Source: Lama glama
Taxonomy: Eukaryota
NCBI GenBank assembly: GCA_028534125.1
Contig: CM052838.1
Span: forward strand, 57,908,150-57,972,000
Direction: 5' to 3'
Length of the DNA stretch: 63,851 nucleotides
In this document: positions 47,863 to 62,109 of the stretch, in pieces
How positions within the stretch are numbered: position 1 is the first letter of the stretch
How the letters are laid out: every line of letters begins with the position of its first letter
The notes under the pieces: generated by a model
What the model was told of the DNA's origin: nothing
What the model saw: only the letters and a program-made list of their open reading frames with translations
Database searches by the model: none
Program-made: the position numbers and the translations under genes

Positions 47863-50800
47863 GGAACCAGGGGATGTTCACAGCAGGGCTGGTGTTTGAG
47901 CGAAGGTTAACAAGGATGTGGAAAAGAGGGCAAAGTGTCCACAGGACAGGGTGAAATACAGTCACGGCATGGAGTCCTGAGAGCCATTCCCTGTCCAAAG
48001 ACGCCAGGGGAATGGCAGCAGGTCAGGCTGGGAGGGCCTGGGAGGGCCTGGGAGGGCTGGGGATTGCACAAGGTCCAATGTCAGAGACTGACCCCAGGAC
48101 AGAGGGTCAGACTCAATCCTGCAGACAACAAGGAGTGAAAACCAACATTTTTAAGCAGAGGAGTGACTGTTTCCAGTGGTTCTTATTAAAAAGCATTAGA
48201 GTTTTGCTGATGGATTAAATCCCAGTCTTATTTTGACCTAGTCTCTCTCTCTCCCAGGCCATGTGGGTTACATTTTCCTCATTTTTAGCTCATTATGAAT
48301 TTGCTGATTAAAACACACAGTCTCACACACACACTCAGACATGCACACTCACACGCTCATACTCATATGTGCTGACTTACGCACACACATTCGTACATAC
48401 AGTAGTAATACAATACTTTTAACCAAAGAGAAAAAAAAAATGTTACACCAGGAAGACCCTTTGAACAACCAGAGATAAGGGCTCAGATTCCATGTGGCCG
48501 GTTGCAAGCACCCCTGGGACCCTCCTCCAACCACACTGCTTACTGGATGCTGATCTGAGGGCCACAGCACAGCAACAAGGTGAGAGGCCAGCCCAGGGAT
48601 GCCGACCTGTTTTTGTGTCTTGGGCTGTTTATGCCCAACTGGAAGCCACTTCTTCACTTGTCAGTCTGAACGTGTGATGCAATAGCTCCTCCAATCACTA
48701 ACAAGTTTGCAGGAGACCCAGAGCAGCTACTGACTGAGACTGGTAAAGGCTACAGCCCACTCTGCTGTCACGTGGTGCTCTAGTCTGGCAGCCTGTGGAA
48801 GATGGCCTTGGCTGAGAAGAGAATGGAAGCAGAATCCAGGACATTGAAGGGCGGGCTTTGTGGGACATTTCTGGGATTCAGTGACAAGCCTGAAGGGGAT
48901 GGGAGAGCAGAGAGGGACAATATGAAGTTTCTAGAAGTTTCCAGAATGCTAGTGATACCTTTCACCAAGTTAAAAAGCTAAAATACAGAGGCTCGAGTTT
49001 AGGGTAGAGAAAAAACGATAAATTGATTTGGAAAATGGTATTTTAGTTTGTTTTTTGTTTTGGGGGTTTTTCTGCAGAACTTTCTAATCAGGAGAAGACA
49101 TTCAGTAAGTAGTTGGATGTGTTTCCAAAACTTGGAAGAGAGATGGATTTGGGAGTCATCACCCAAGATGTGGTCCCAGAAGTCACGTGAGTGGTTCAGA
49201 CCCCCAGAGGAAAGGCGGCCAGGAGGGCAGCTGGGAAGAACACTAGCACTGATGGGATAACCAGAAGAGATGGAGCAAAAGAGATGGAGACAGATGAGAC
49301 AGGGTGGCTTAAAAAGGGGGGAAAAAGGGTGACAATTTTTTCTTGGACCTCAGTCAATGAGAAAGGATGGAGGTGAGGGAAAAGACTTGAGTTTAGCCAT
49401 CAAGCAGCCATTGGTGACTGTAGCAAAGTTCACATGTAGGCAAGGACCCAAGACATTGAGACATTTCAGCCTCATCCTGTTCAACATTTTGATTCATGCT
49501 TCAATGAGCACATGGATTCATTTCTTCAACAAATACTCTCTGAGCATACAACTCCGTGCCAGGCACCTCCTAGATAAAAACTTAGCAAACCAGTGGATGA
49601 GGTCAAGCTGGAAGAGGATGAGTTTAATTCTGATGGAGGTTGGGGGGGAGCTAAAACCATCAGCACATTTGATACACAGAGCCAGGACGAAATAAGGCTA
49701 TTGGCAAGCCAAACTGATAGTTTCTGTGGCCCAGTGAATCAGCAAATGATAGTGAATGCTAACTCAGTCTACTTCCAGGAAACTGCCCGTCTGAATTAAA
49801 GAAAGTCTGAATAAGCAATTATTTTTAACGACAAGTAGTTTAATAACTCTCAAGTACTAAAATAATTCATACTTCGCTAACATCACTGCCACACAGAGCT
49901 CCTTTAGGAAATGCTTTATGGAAAATGTAATCTGATTTGTAACTAATATATCAATCGCCCAGCAATAAATTTTGCTTCTCTGCTGCTGAAGCATTTGCTT
50001 TCTTTAGCAGACGAAGCATTCTTTTTTGCAATATCGTTTACAGTATTAACTTGCTTTAAAGTCAAGTATCCAAAAAAGTGTAAGAGCTTTAGAGTCAGGC
50101 TGTTGTGGATTCAAATCCTAGCTTGGCAGCTTACCAGGAATATGACTCAAGGGGGATTGCTCAATATTTGAGCCTCAGTTTCCTGCATGGTCAAAGGGGC
50201 ACAAGAATATCTATTTCAAAGGATTATTAAAAGTAAATAATACAGTAACTGATAGACGCCCCATGCTGAATGTTCTGTAATGAGCGTTCGCTGTCGTTAG
50301 TCTCCGACATTAAGACGAGGCAGCCTCAGCCCCAGGTGCCGGGTGAGGTCTTTCTGAAATGCCAAAGACAGTGTTCGGTGCAGGGCTCTGGGGTGACACA
50401 AGAGAAACGAGATGGATAAGGAGGGATATTCCATTGCCTTAAAACCTGGCAGGAGATAACAGCCAAAGAAACTTGCTTCAGTTACTAGAGCCCTCACTGG
50501 TCAGCCTCTCTCCCTCTTGCACACCTGGGGAGCCACCTGGAACACAGGTGGCCCATGTAAAGCACAGGTGTCAAATGTCTTGCCAGGGGTCACAGTCAAC
50601 GTCATAGGCGGGCCTCCCCATGGGGATATCCTGGGGTGCCACCTAAGGTGGCAAGGTCAACCCTGCTTCCTTTCGTAGCCAAAGCTCTTCCCCTTTGAAG
50701 GAGCTGGGGAGGTTCCCAGCAGCCAGGTCCCCAAGGGCCATGAGATGGCCTTGACTTCAGATTCAAAAATCACTACTGCAAGAGAGTCACCACCCATGGG

Positions 50801-51664
50801 CATCAGAGGGCCAAGCCTGTCTCACCAAAAATATGTGGCATCTTTTCCTGGTTAAGAAAATGAGAATATTAGAAAGAAAAATACAGGATCCCTATCATTG
50901 TAAGGAAGGCAGCCCAGCTCCTACTAGGCAGGATCATGGGGGCATTCTAGCACCAATTTTTAAAGTCTATTTTTCTAATTATCTCAACACATGTAGTGGA
51001 GGGGATGGTCCCAGGCTCCATGAGAAACAAAGCAAGTGAGAAAGATAAGAAGGGCATAACCTCTATCCTCAAGGGACTTCCCATCTAGCTGGGAGATGGG
51101 ACAAACACAGGAAGGGAGTGTTACAAAGACCCCTAGAGAGGGGAGAGGCCCGAGGCAGCCTTTCTGAGTTTATGTGTTAATCCAGTACCTGTCTGCCTAG
51201 GGAAAGGCTGGCCACAAAATGAAACTGTCCTCACCCCCATTGACCAGAGCCTGCCGTGTGCTGGATACAGGATGGTCACCTTGGCCACAACAGTCCCCGG
51301 TTAGCTGTGGATGCCACAGAGGGAAGGAAACAAGTTCCAGCCGTCACACTGAGAAGCTGCCCACATTTAGGGGAGTCTGTGGAAAGGCTGGGGTGGGGCT
51401 ACTATCAGAAGCTGGGGGTGCCGTCTAAAACTGTTGTTTTTATTTGCTTTTAGCACAATTGTTATGTTTGGTTTTTTTTATTTCAACTGATGATAAGAGA
51501 AGACATGAGTTTTTTTTTATTCAATGAAGAAATGGGTTTAAAAGGGCAGGGGAATTATCACACTCACTTAGGAATGCTTCGAGGCAGAAAGCAAGTTACG
51601 GTGACTGCAGGAAGACCTGGGCCGTCAATGAAAATCAACTGAATGAATGAATAAACATGGGAGT

Positions 51665-52146
51665 AAAAGAAGATGTGGTAAATATACAAAGGAATACTAC
51701 TCAGCCATAAAAAAGAATGAAATGATGCCATTTGCAGCAGCATGGATGGACCTAGAGATTATCATATTAAGTGAAGTAAGTCAGACAGAGAAAGACAAAT
51801 GTCATATGATGTCACTTATATGTAGAATCTAAAAAAAAAAATACAAATTTTATTTACAAACCAGAAATAGACTCACAGACATAGAAAATAAATGGTGGTT
51901 ACCAGTGGGGAAAGGCGGGGGAGGGATAGATTAGGAGTTTGGATTAAAAGTTTCATATTATTATACATACAATAGATAAACAACAAGGACCTACTTATAG
52001 CACAGGGAACTATATTCAGAAACAAAAGGACAAGAAACTAAAACAAAATGTATAACTGAACTGCTTTTCTGTACACCTGAAACTAACATTGCAAATCTAC
52101 TGCACTTCAATAAAAAATAAGAATATGAAAAAAAGAAAATTAAAAA
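51665..52146 (+). mobile_element. 5'-truncated L1 (ORF2 C-terminus and 3' UTR)
   Basis: Translates as EYYSAIKKNEMMPFAAAWMDLEIIILSEVSQTEKDK, typical of the L1 ORF2 end region; AATAAA and A-rich tail. Confidence 0.88.
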
Positions 52147-53694
52147 ACCCACAAGAATAAATGCGATGCACAGATTTCATGTATCCTGTGTGTCTGGGAG
52201 TCCAGATAGAGAGAAAGGGGCATATGGAGAGAGGGGTCCTATCTCTGACGTGCCTTTGAAGATACAACATATAAGGGGGGGGGGCAGGAAAGTAGGAGTA
52301 CCCTCTGACAAGCCAGTCACAGCTTTCTTCCTAGGCCTCTGTTTGCTGCCAATCAGCAGACAGTGTCTCAGAACTGTGTCATGAAGTCCAAGTCTTGACA
52401 AATGACAACATAGGCCAAAGAATGGGCTGTGAGAGGTATCCAGGAACCAGCGTCTCACGGGCATCCTCCAGGGGCACGGAGATCACGGGAGCAGCCAAGA
52501 TCCGGGGCAGAGACACATCCAGTTACAAAGAGTGTGGAGCAGGACTTCACAGAGAGGAATGCTGCTCCTTGGAGATTCTAGCCTACGAGTGGAACACTCC
52601 CCAATCCTGCGGTAACGGAATTTAAAACAAACTCTGCCTTCCACTTAGGGAGTTGGGCCCTGAGCAAAAACAACACAGACAGTCGTCAAAAACCAATGTC
52701 TAAACAGCACTTGAGAAGGGGTTATGTTAGGCACACGCGTTCCCAAATCTTAGAGAGCTCCCAGACATCATTTCGTCTGACCGGTGAGGCCTCACCCACG
52801 CTCATTCACAAGGTCTCTGCTTGGAAGCTCCCGAGCTCAGCGAAGGCCCCCTGTCGGCTGAACGATGCCAGCTATTGACAATATCCTTGAGCATCCCCCA
52901 GGTGTATGATTTGGAGCAGCTGAAACAGAAGGGACACGTGGAGGAGCAGCTGGAAATGACACTGGAAAAGCTGCCTACGCCATGAGGCGGAGGGCTTGGG
53001 GCAGGCAAGCAAAGAGGTGTGTTTATTACACGGCAAGAGAGGGCTGCCCAGGTTGTGCACGTGGGACAGAGATGGCCTGACGGGAGAGTGAACGGGAAGT
53101 GACCCCCCAAACCCAGCTGCCTATCAGAATATCCAGGGGACTTGTTAAAAATGGAGACTCTAGGCTTCATTGAGGGGTTTTGCTTCTGCGTGGCTGGCAT
53201 GGGACCCACCATAAATATTTATGTAAGCGCTGTGGGTTGTTCCTCACGCAGCCGGTTCCCTGGCCAGAATGGGAGGAATTGGGATGGAGAGAGACAGGAG
53301 GCTGGCAGGTCGGACAGGAGGCTCTTGCAAGATTGGAGGCAACATCTCTCTCCCTTGCAAGGAACAGGCTGAGCCTTGATGCCCTTGTAAGTCCCTCCCT
53401 CTTAATAGTCTGTAATCCAAAGCTGTTACCAGCACCTGAGGTCTGCCGTAGCTGCAGTGATGGAAAGGAACAGAAAGAACTGAAAAACTCTGAGGGGGCA
53501 ACATCTACAAGATCTGGCAACATTTTGAGTACTTGTCAGTAGCAGGAGGTTTTAGCCTCAGCCCCTTGACTCTCCCTGGCAAGGAGAGAGATGAAACCAT
53601 TTAGAGAAATGGGGCAGTGAGAAGAGGGGCTGGTGGAGGGTACAGACAGGTGTTCAGTTTGGGACCCAATATATCTGAGGGCTCCTTGGGCTGG

Positions 53695-53930
53695 ACAGTG
53701 CAATGTAGAGGTTAAAACAAAGACTTTAAGACCAGTCTCGGCCTGCACCCATAATCCTGGCTTTGATAGTTACCTGTGTCACTTTGGGCCATTTTATTCC
53801 TTGCTCCATGCCTCAGTTTACCTATCTGTAAAGTGGGGGTGATGATGGTGACTACTTCCTGGGGCCATTGTGAGAATTAAATAAATTCATGCACATGAAA
53901 CATCTAGAGCCATACTTGGCACATATTCAG
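53695..53930 (+). mobile_element. MIR SINE
   Basis: 'gcctcagtttacctatctgtaaagtggggg...ttgtgagaattaaat'. Confidence 0.75.
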
Positions 53931-54889
53931 GGCTTCCCTTGCCACTGGACAAGTCAGGAAGGTCAATTGGCTGAAGATGGCAGTCTGGGGTTGAGGAAGT
54001 TGGGTGATACAGTCTGGAGATATAGACTTTATTTTCACCCTTTTTTATTCAACCATCTGTCCTGAGTTAGCAACTTGTAGCTAAGTGACATATGCAGGGG
54101 GGACAAGCATGACTTCCACTGCATCACCACAGACATGGATGCTAAGATGACGTCATTACTCCTACAGTTCAGCCTGAGCCGAAAGCTGGCCAGCTCAACA
54201 CCACCTGCTTCGGAAATGGGGCTGACATGGGCAGCGTAGAGAGCAGTAACCCTGGGGGCCAGTCCCCCATCCGTCACTGGCCACTTCCACGGCCTTTTCT
54301 CATCTATTATACTGAGAATTAAGTTCCACACCCTCAAATTCTCCAGCCTTTAATTTTCATAGTTCCAAAATCAAAACCATGCGTATCTTGAAAGAAGGAG
54401 AAGGCCCTGGCTCTACTTCCCCTATGTTTTGATAACTTGGGTAGAGAACACGGCTCTTAGCTGGAGCAGCAGATGAAAAAATGGATGGAGCACTGACACA
54501 GGGATGGGTGCGTGGGTATCTTGAGGTTGGCCGTCGAGACTCCAGTCCAAAACATTATAGAACAAAAAGCTAGTTTCTGCTCACATTTGGCTGGAGATGA
54601 AAAACAACAAATAAAAAGAAAGGCCACCCACTCGGTCTATACCATAGACGTGGACAGCTGCCAAATCTCAGCTATGCTTTGTGCTGCAGAGACACACGCT
54701 TTAGCCAGGGTGCAGCGGGAACGTGACGAAGTCAGCTGAAAACCCCTTGTAACTTCTAAACTCTCATGGAACAAAACCAAAATTGAGGCATACTCCCCAA
54801 AACAGAGTCCTTTCTGACGGAGATTAAAGAATACACAGGTGATGAACTGCAGATACACGCTCGTTCCACAATGGGAAAAAAAGGTGTGC

Positions 54890-55125
54890 TATACATGAGA
54901 TGTACAACGCGGTGAGCAGAATTCACAGTGCTGCATTGTGCACTTGGAAGTTGCTAAGGAAGTGGATCTTAAAAGTTCTGAACATGAAAAAATACTGGAA
55001 CTATGTGAGGTGATGGATGTTGACTAAATGTATTGTAATCATTTCACAATAGACACATATCACATCATTATGTTGTACACTTAGAACTCATGTAATGTTA
55101 CATGTCAATTATATCTCAATAAAAT
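54890..55125 (+). mobile_element. L1MA9/L1MB-type 3' end
   Basis: 'gttgctaaggaagtggatcttaaaagttct...tgtcaattatatctcaataaaa'. Confidence 0.8.
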
Positions 55126-55638
55126 AGAGGGGAACGTTGTCATCGTCAAAGCTGCTATTTCTTTTACGCTCCCTAACCTCTCTGAGGAAATAAAAAAATG
55201 AAATATTTCATGAAATCTGGATTAACTGAAGACCAACTAACCAGAACCCCCAATTCACTGGAATTCGTGTGCCTTCTGTACTTCAGCAAGTACAGTAATA
55301 AGAAAACTATCAGGAGGCTTGTGGCCACATTTCCTCCCCTTTTACTCTGGATTCACTTCTCACAAATTACAAGGGAAAGAAACCAGGACTGATTTCACAT
55401 AGACCTGAATTCAGCTCCCAGTCTGATCACTGTCGGTTGCAAGCATTTGCCTGAATAATCGAATCTCACCAAAACACTGAATTTTTCATTTATAAAAATA
55501 CAACAACACCTGCTCCATAGGTTTATATTTTGAAAATCATACTGAAGTTGAGTTTTCATCTAGGGTCAGGTGGGGGGAGTTAAGTTAGAAAGTTAACACA
55601 TATACTCATATTTTCCTTGAAAACTCACTCACTTGCCC

Positions 55639-55941
55639 ACCACTGTCCAATAGAAATATAATGAGAGCCACATATGTGATTTTAAATGTTCTGTTTGCCC
55701 TTTAAAAATGTAAAAAGAAACAGGTTAATTTTATTTTCATAAAATATTTTATTTAACCTAATCTATCCAAAATATTATTTCACCATGTAATCAACATAAA
55801 AAAATTACTAATGAGATATTTTACTTTTTTTTGGTACTAAGTCTTCAAAATCAGTGTGTACTTCACACCTACTGCACATCTTAACTCAGACTAGCCACAT
55901 TTCACATGCCCGGTAGCCACCTAAAGTATTAGACAGCACCG
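55639..55941. mobile_element. MER33 hAT-Charlie MITE
   Basis: 'ctgtccaatagaaatataatgagagccacatatg...gactagccacatttc...tattagacagcac'. Confidence 0.85.
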
Positions 55942-57567
55942 CTCTACAGCACCCTGGTGTCTACTGGAGACAAGCCATGTCTTCAGAAGGGCCACCTAAC
56001 AAGGATTTCTTCCAGTGTTGCCAAGCCAGGTCCCTATTTCTCTAGTTGAGAACCACAGTAAAGCAGATGGTTTCCACTTAGGGCCCAAGATGGAAAATTA
56101 TCTTTAAGGATCAGAATCACTCAATGAGTAAGTTGTTCTCACTTCTAAAACACACCTCTGGACATTCAGAGAAAGGAGAGAGCCTCCTTCACCATCTCAC
56201 ATACTCTGCAGATCCTGGAGATTTGATCATTGATTTGCTCTGCATAAGTGTAGTTGAAATTATAAGTTAAATGTGTATGTATGCTTTTGCTTGGGTGTGT
56301 GGACAGAATTTCAGCTCAAGGGACATTTGTTGAGCTCCTACTATATGGCAGAATCTAGAAAACACCAAGGTGCCTGCCTGAATTCAAATCCTGACATAGT
56401 TACTTAGAAGCTCTGTAACCTTCAGCAAATGACTTGGTTTAAGCCTCAGTTTTCTCATCTGCAAAACAAAAATAATAAAAGTTCTCCATTCACAGGATTT
56501 TTTTGAAAATTAAATAAAGTCAGTCCTAACAAAGCACATGGCAGAAAACACATACTTCACTTTCCCATTTTTCATAGTGATTAGTACTGGGTAGCAAAGT
56601 AAATATTTGCTGATAATGACAGTGCTAAACAGGGTTGGGCAGATTTGGGAATGTTAAGGAGATGCAGAAGACCTCCAGGTCCCAAGACGGCTTGTCCCAC
56701 CCAACCACCACCACCACCACCTTCTGCAACAAACATGGCAGACAATCACCCTTTCAGCTTGTGTCATTCTCTCTAAGCCTTTGGTTAAAAAGTGGAAGAG
56801 GGACATCAGCTACAACATGAACAGCTTAGTATAAACGTGCTTCATTCACTTTTCTCCTGCCTGGAGAGGCCTCAAGAATCATTGGTGCTCATATGATGGG
56901 GTCGGGGTCAGGGCTCAGAAACTGCGGAGCCGGCCAACCTGGGTTACCAGTTGTTCACAGACCACAATTGGGCCCCAGAATGCTTGGACACATTGACTTT
57001 AGGAAACCGGTGAAAGCGGTTTTGTTTCCCTGCAGACAGGGCTAAGGGAAACAGAAACACTCACATGTCAGCAAGGTTCCAAACAGACTAGAGGTTATGG
57101 TGACTTTGGACAACTTGATAATCTATTTGTCAAAGTATTTCCCTTCCAAGAAAGGTGAAGGCTTAAAGAATAATTCCTCACCAAAAAAAAAAAAAAGAAA
57201 GTTTTGTTTTTAAACAACAAAAAGGAAGAAAGTGAACCTGGGGCAAAAGCATTTTATGAAACATTTGACAAATACAGGAAGAAAGTAAGTCCAGGCCTGT
57301 AGGATCTTGCCAATGGCTTGCTGAGCAGTGGAGGGAGAGGCTGAAGTTCCGTGACACCAGCTGTGTCTGTGAGTGTCCATCGGCCCCCTGGCACTCCTGC
57401 AAGTGGGGAGCTTGCTTCTCGTTTCTTATTCCAGTGCTCCGAAAAAAAGAAGTGCCAAATAGAACATTTTGTTGGAAGAAAGACACCGATCTTCATTCTG
57501 TTCTCTACCCCTCTGTGAGCAGCAGAATGAGAAGCTTTACACCTGGTACTAAGTAATCTCTCCAAGT

Positions 57568-57760
57568 CAGCATTTCTCCACCTGAAAAACCCTTTGTCGT
57601 GGGGGGCTGTCCTGTACAGTGTGGGGTGTTTAGCAGCCTCTCTGGTCTCCACCCACTAACCACCAGGAGCACCACTCCCCTCACCCCCAGTTATGACAAC
57701 CAAAGATCTCTCCAGACATTGCCTGATGTCCCCCGGGGGACAAAATCTTCCTCAATCACT
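57568..57760 (+). mobile_element. MER20 hAT-Charlie MITE
   Basis: 'ggggctgtcctgtacagtgtggggtgtttagcagc...gacaaccaaagatctctccagacattgcc'. Confidence 0.85.
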
Positions 57761-59513
57761 GGCCTAGGGTGGGAGCAGTCTGCCATTCTGCCTAACTCCT
57801 GGACGGCAATGGTCAAGGAGAACTCTGCTTTCTGAGCCAGATGGGAAAAATCAGTTATCTAAACCCTAACTCTCCACTACATCTTTTTTTTTTTCACTTC
57901 CAACAAAAGAACAGTTCAGTTTAGCAAAGCAATGAATAATATAAAAATGCAGCCTGGAGATGGGGTTTCTAAGCCAGATTTGGCCTTCCTAGCTTCAAAG
58001 ATCATGAAACCTCTCATTTGTACCCCACAAAGCAGCAATTTCTCACAAGGATACGTTCCTTTGACTCTCTTTTAAAAGTCAAGTACAGCTTGGCAACCAC
58101 AGAGTACAGAAAATATAGGCTTTCTGCAAGAAGCAATTATTCAAAACCCAACGATTGAAAAAAAAAATGAGCATGTCAAATCGTGTCAGTTACAACACAT
58201 AAGACAACTGGATTCCTTCACTTAGAAGCCACGGAATGGTCTGGGTTTGTTTTTTCTTGCTGACTTCGATTATTTCTTAGAGGTATAACCTAAGCTGTCT
58301 AAAACTGTTGACACTGGGTTACTGACCTTTTAATTTAAAAACAAGAAGGTCCAGGTTTAGGAGTTAGGCCTTTACTTTAAATGTTCACCAATCATTACAG
58401 CCATAATTAGACCTTGTGCTGGAATGCACCAGAATCTGCCTCCAGGATCACTTACAGGGCCTGGAGAAGCCACAAAAACACTGAACGTCTCAGCAATGGT
58501 AAGATTTTTCTGGGCTGGCACAGGAAAACTCAGCTCATGGAATATAAATCAGCAACTCTACACTCTAATTTCCACCCTTCACATGTAGCGTGATTATACA
58601 AGCAAGTGCTACGAGCGTCAAGTCAAAACTGAGGCTTGTTTGCCAGAAGGCAGCCAAACCTTCAATTCTGTGGTTAATGCCACCTAGGGCTATAATTACA
58701 CAAGCTAATATCATCTTTCCACTCAAGAAGAGGAAAAGGGATCCTTGTGGCCAACGTTCATGTGAATTAACCATCTTCGGATTAATACCAAGGCTAACAT
58801 CAAATTCCTAAGGTATTCAAATTCAGATGTTTAAAAGTGAAAAATCTAGCATCAGACAGTATCATTAACATGCTTATAGCATAGCTTCTTAACTGTGTTA
58901 AATGTCAGTTTCAGAAATGTTCCCCAAACAGTGTCTCCCATGTTATTAAAGGGATTTTGCATAAAATAAACCAATTTTGTTATAACCTTCACATACACGG
59001 CAGAACTCAGGGAGAGTGCAAACATTTGGAGAACTGTTGGGTTGCCTCATTGGGTGTCAAGGAATCAACATTAGTGTATTTACCTGAAGGCAGGCACAGA
59101 GACTGGTTTTATTAGAAGGCCCAAACAGGATACTACTCATTGAGAAAAGCTTGCAGGGTGGGGGGAATATGGTATTTGCTTTCCAAGGCAAAAACTAATT
59201 CCTAAAAAGTAAATTAGGCATTTAAAATTACAGGAAGCTCATACATGGATCACATCAAATCTTTCAGACCACTAATATCCTATTACACTTCCACTATTAC
59301 ACAAATAAATATGCTTAAAACCTGAAGAGAAGTTGTTCTAAATGAACAGTTTGTTATGGAAAACCATCCTGGTTAAAACCTCCCTGGTCTGAGGCACTCC
59401 TCTACCACTTTACTTTCTGACCCTCAACCTCGGTCATTCCCTTCACCCAAGCTGCCGCTAACAGGCCTATGCATAACCTTGTCCATCTCCATGTATGAGC
59501 CACCAAAACGGAT

Positions 59514-59857
59514 GGGCAGTTTTGTAAAAAGCTAAGCATGGAGTTATCACTTGATTCAACAATTCCACCTCTAGGCATGTATCCCAGAGAAATGAAAACA
59601 TATATTCACCCAACACTTGTCCATGAATATCTACAGCAGCATTATTCATAACTGCCAAAAAATAGAAGCAGTTCACCAATAGATGAATGGATAAATAAAA
59701 TGTGGCATGTCTCTGTAATGGACTATTATTCAGCTATAAAAAGGGACAAAGACCTCATACATGCTACAATGTGGGTGATCCTCAGAAACAGAACAACAGA
59801 TCGAAGAAGCCAGTCACAAAAGGCCACCTAGTGTATGGCTCCGTTTATATGAGATGT
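59514..59857 (+). mobile_element. L1MB-type ORF2 end / 3' UTR fragment
   Basis: 'caattccacctctaggcatgtatcccagagaaatgaaaacatat...gatgaatggataaataaaatgtgg'. Confidence 0.8.
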
Positions 59858-60543
59858 GGGAAAAACATACGGGTTCAAGTATAATTTTCCCAGAACACAA
59901 AGCATTCACTCCCCATACTTAAGTTTTGAACCATGTCTAACACCAATTTTTAAACTGACTTCTTTAAATACATTACCTCCTAGTAATAAAAATGAGAACT
60001 GAATCACGTTTACCAGACTCCACCGAAGTAGAACTAACATTGAAATTTAATATGAGCTCCAAATATCACAACAACAAAAAATACAAGTAAATTCTTTTTA
60101 AACAGATAATACAGCACTGCGATCTTCCATCTTCTGAAATGTTTGCTCCAAATTCTAACTACTGCTCCTTAAATGTCTCAACCTGGGGCTCGTCTTCAAT
60201 TATGTTGACAAGCAATAAGATGTTAAGCATTTCAGAGTCTCCCTGAATTATCAAAGAACCAAAAATAAATCCCAAATTGCTTTTAAGTGTGAAATGTAGG
60301 GTTGTTTTTTTTTTTTCCACTCGGTTGAAAAATGGCTGCAGAGATTGGACTCAGATTTTCCAAGCTGTAAATCTCTCTCAGGCTAGGACTAGGTACGATA
60401 TTTTTAGCCTCAAAGACTATTTCTGTCAGAAAGATATGACCAGAGGAATCAGGAAGTCAGGATGGCCATCTGTGTGTCACCGAGGCTGCAGAGGTTTTTG
60501 GAAACCAGAGGTGGTAATGTAAGGTCATTACCAAAGGAACAAG

Positions 60544-60582
60544 AAACAAACAAACAAAACAAACAAACAAACAAACAAACAA
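60544..60582. repeat. (AAAC)n microsatellite
   Basis: Direct read; one interruption. Confidence 0.9.
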
Positions 60583-61553
60583 AAATGCACACAATCCAAT
60601 CAAATCCAACAAAAGCAGAATGCGTTGTGCCATAAAACATTCATGTCCTCTGGCAAAGTGATTCTGTTTTTAGGAATTTATCGTAAAGAAAAGCAAGCCC
60701 CTGCAACATGATTTATAACAGCAAATGACTGGAGGCAGCTTCAATAAGCAACAATAAGGGTTGGTTAATTAAATTACGCTACATCCCTTTGATGGAATGT
60801 TATGTCTCCATAAAGACTAACTATAAAAGGCATGGAAATGTACTTATGATAAAAATGTTCATGGGGAAAGGATAAAAATCTATGGACTCTGTAATAATCA
60901 TGCAAGCAGATGTGTGTATATGGACTAGAAGGGCCACACAAAGGATAAATCATTGTGCTGTTATGGTGGGCTACCCATTTTTTTTTTCTCCATGTTCCCA
61001 AGTTGCTGAAATGTTATAGAAAAGATTAGAAAAAAATTAAGTCAATCATACAAATATTATGGGAAACAATCCCATTAATCAACTTGCACTACCAACTACA
61101 CTTTTACTTGTCCTATTTATGTTAAGATAACGGCAGTCAGACACCCCTAGTCAAGATGCAGGTGAAGGAAACACTGAGTCTTACCTGAGAGTTAAAACGT
61201 GATTCCATTATAAACTCAGCGATGAGAATAGTTTTATGGACAAAGAAGTAAGAGAAGAGGTTCCTCCTGCTTCTGAACTCCACACATGGACTGTTAAGTT
61301 TTCTCTTTAGATTTCCATTCTATCTCTTGGGAGGAAATTGTATGTGAGAAAGATCAGAAGCCTCTTTCCTTGCCTACTGAGCCTCATCTGATAATACCCA
61401 TCCATCAAGATGATGGGACATCAGAGAGCATCACCAAGAATTCCCGGGGAATGACCGGAGTCAGGGGGATAAGCATGGACTGGCAAGATGGACCAAGGAG
61501 CTCACCACTCAGAATCCTGACACCTTCATCTTACACACAACAAGGAGTCTGTC

Positions 61554-62076
61554 TGTGATGGTTAATTTGATGTGTCAACTTGTCTAGACCATGGAACCCA
61601 GATATTCGGTCAAACATTATTCTAGATGTTTCTATGAAGGTATTTTTTAGATGAGATGAACATTTAAATCAGTAGATCTTGAATAAAGCAGACTACTCCC
61701 CGCCTCCCCCAATAACGTGGGTGGACCTCATCCAATCAGCTGAAGATTGTAACAGGAAAAAGACTGATGTCCTCTAAGGAAGAGGAGATTCTACCAGCAC
61801 TTCAGACTTGAGCTACACTGGTTCTTTCCTGGGTCTCCAGCCTACCCTGCGTGTTTTTGACTTGCCAATCTCCACAACTGCATGAACCAGTTCCTTAAAA
61901 TCTATCACACACATGCATCTACATAGATGACACTATACAGACATATAGGACACATATATATAGTAAATATATACATAAATATACTTGATGACAGAGACGG
62001 AGATGGAGACAGAGATGAAGATGGAGAAAGACATACATCCCGTTGACTCTGTTTCTCTGGAGAACCCTGACTAACA
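61554..62076 (+). mobile_element. ERVL solo LTR (MLT2D-like)
   Basis: 'tgtgatggttaatttgatgtgtcaacttg' ... 'ctgtttctctggagaaccctgactaaca'. Confidence 0.85.
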
Positions 62077-62109
62077 GAGCCCTGCTTCCATATGTATTCC
62101 GTGTGGTGT

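Noticed and set aside
51647-51832. 61-aa ORF as a gene
   Set aside because: Remnant of the L1 ORF2 end region in a truncated element.
61185-61290. Minus-strand exon ending in a strong CAG|GTAAGA donor
   Set aside because: The acceptor lacks a polypyrimidine tract and there is no other support.
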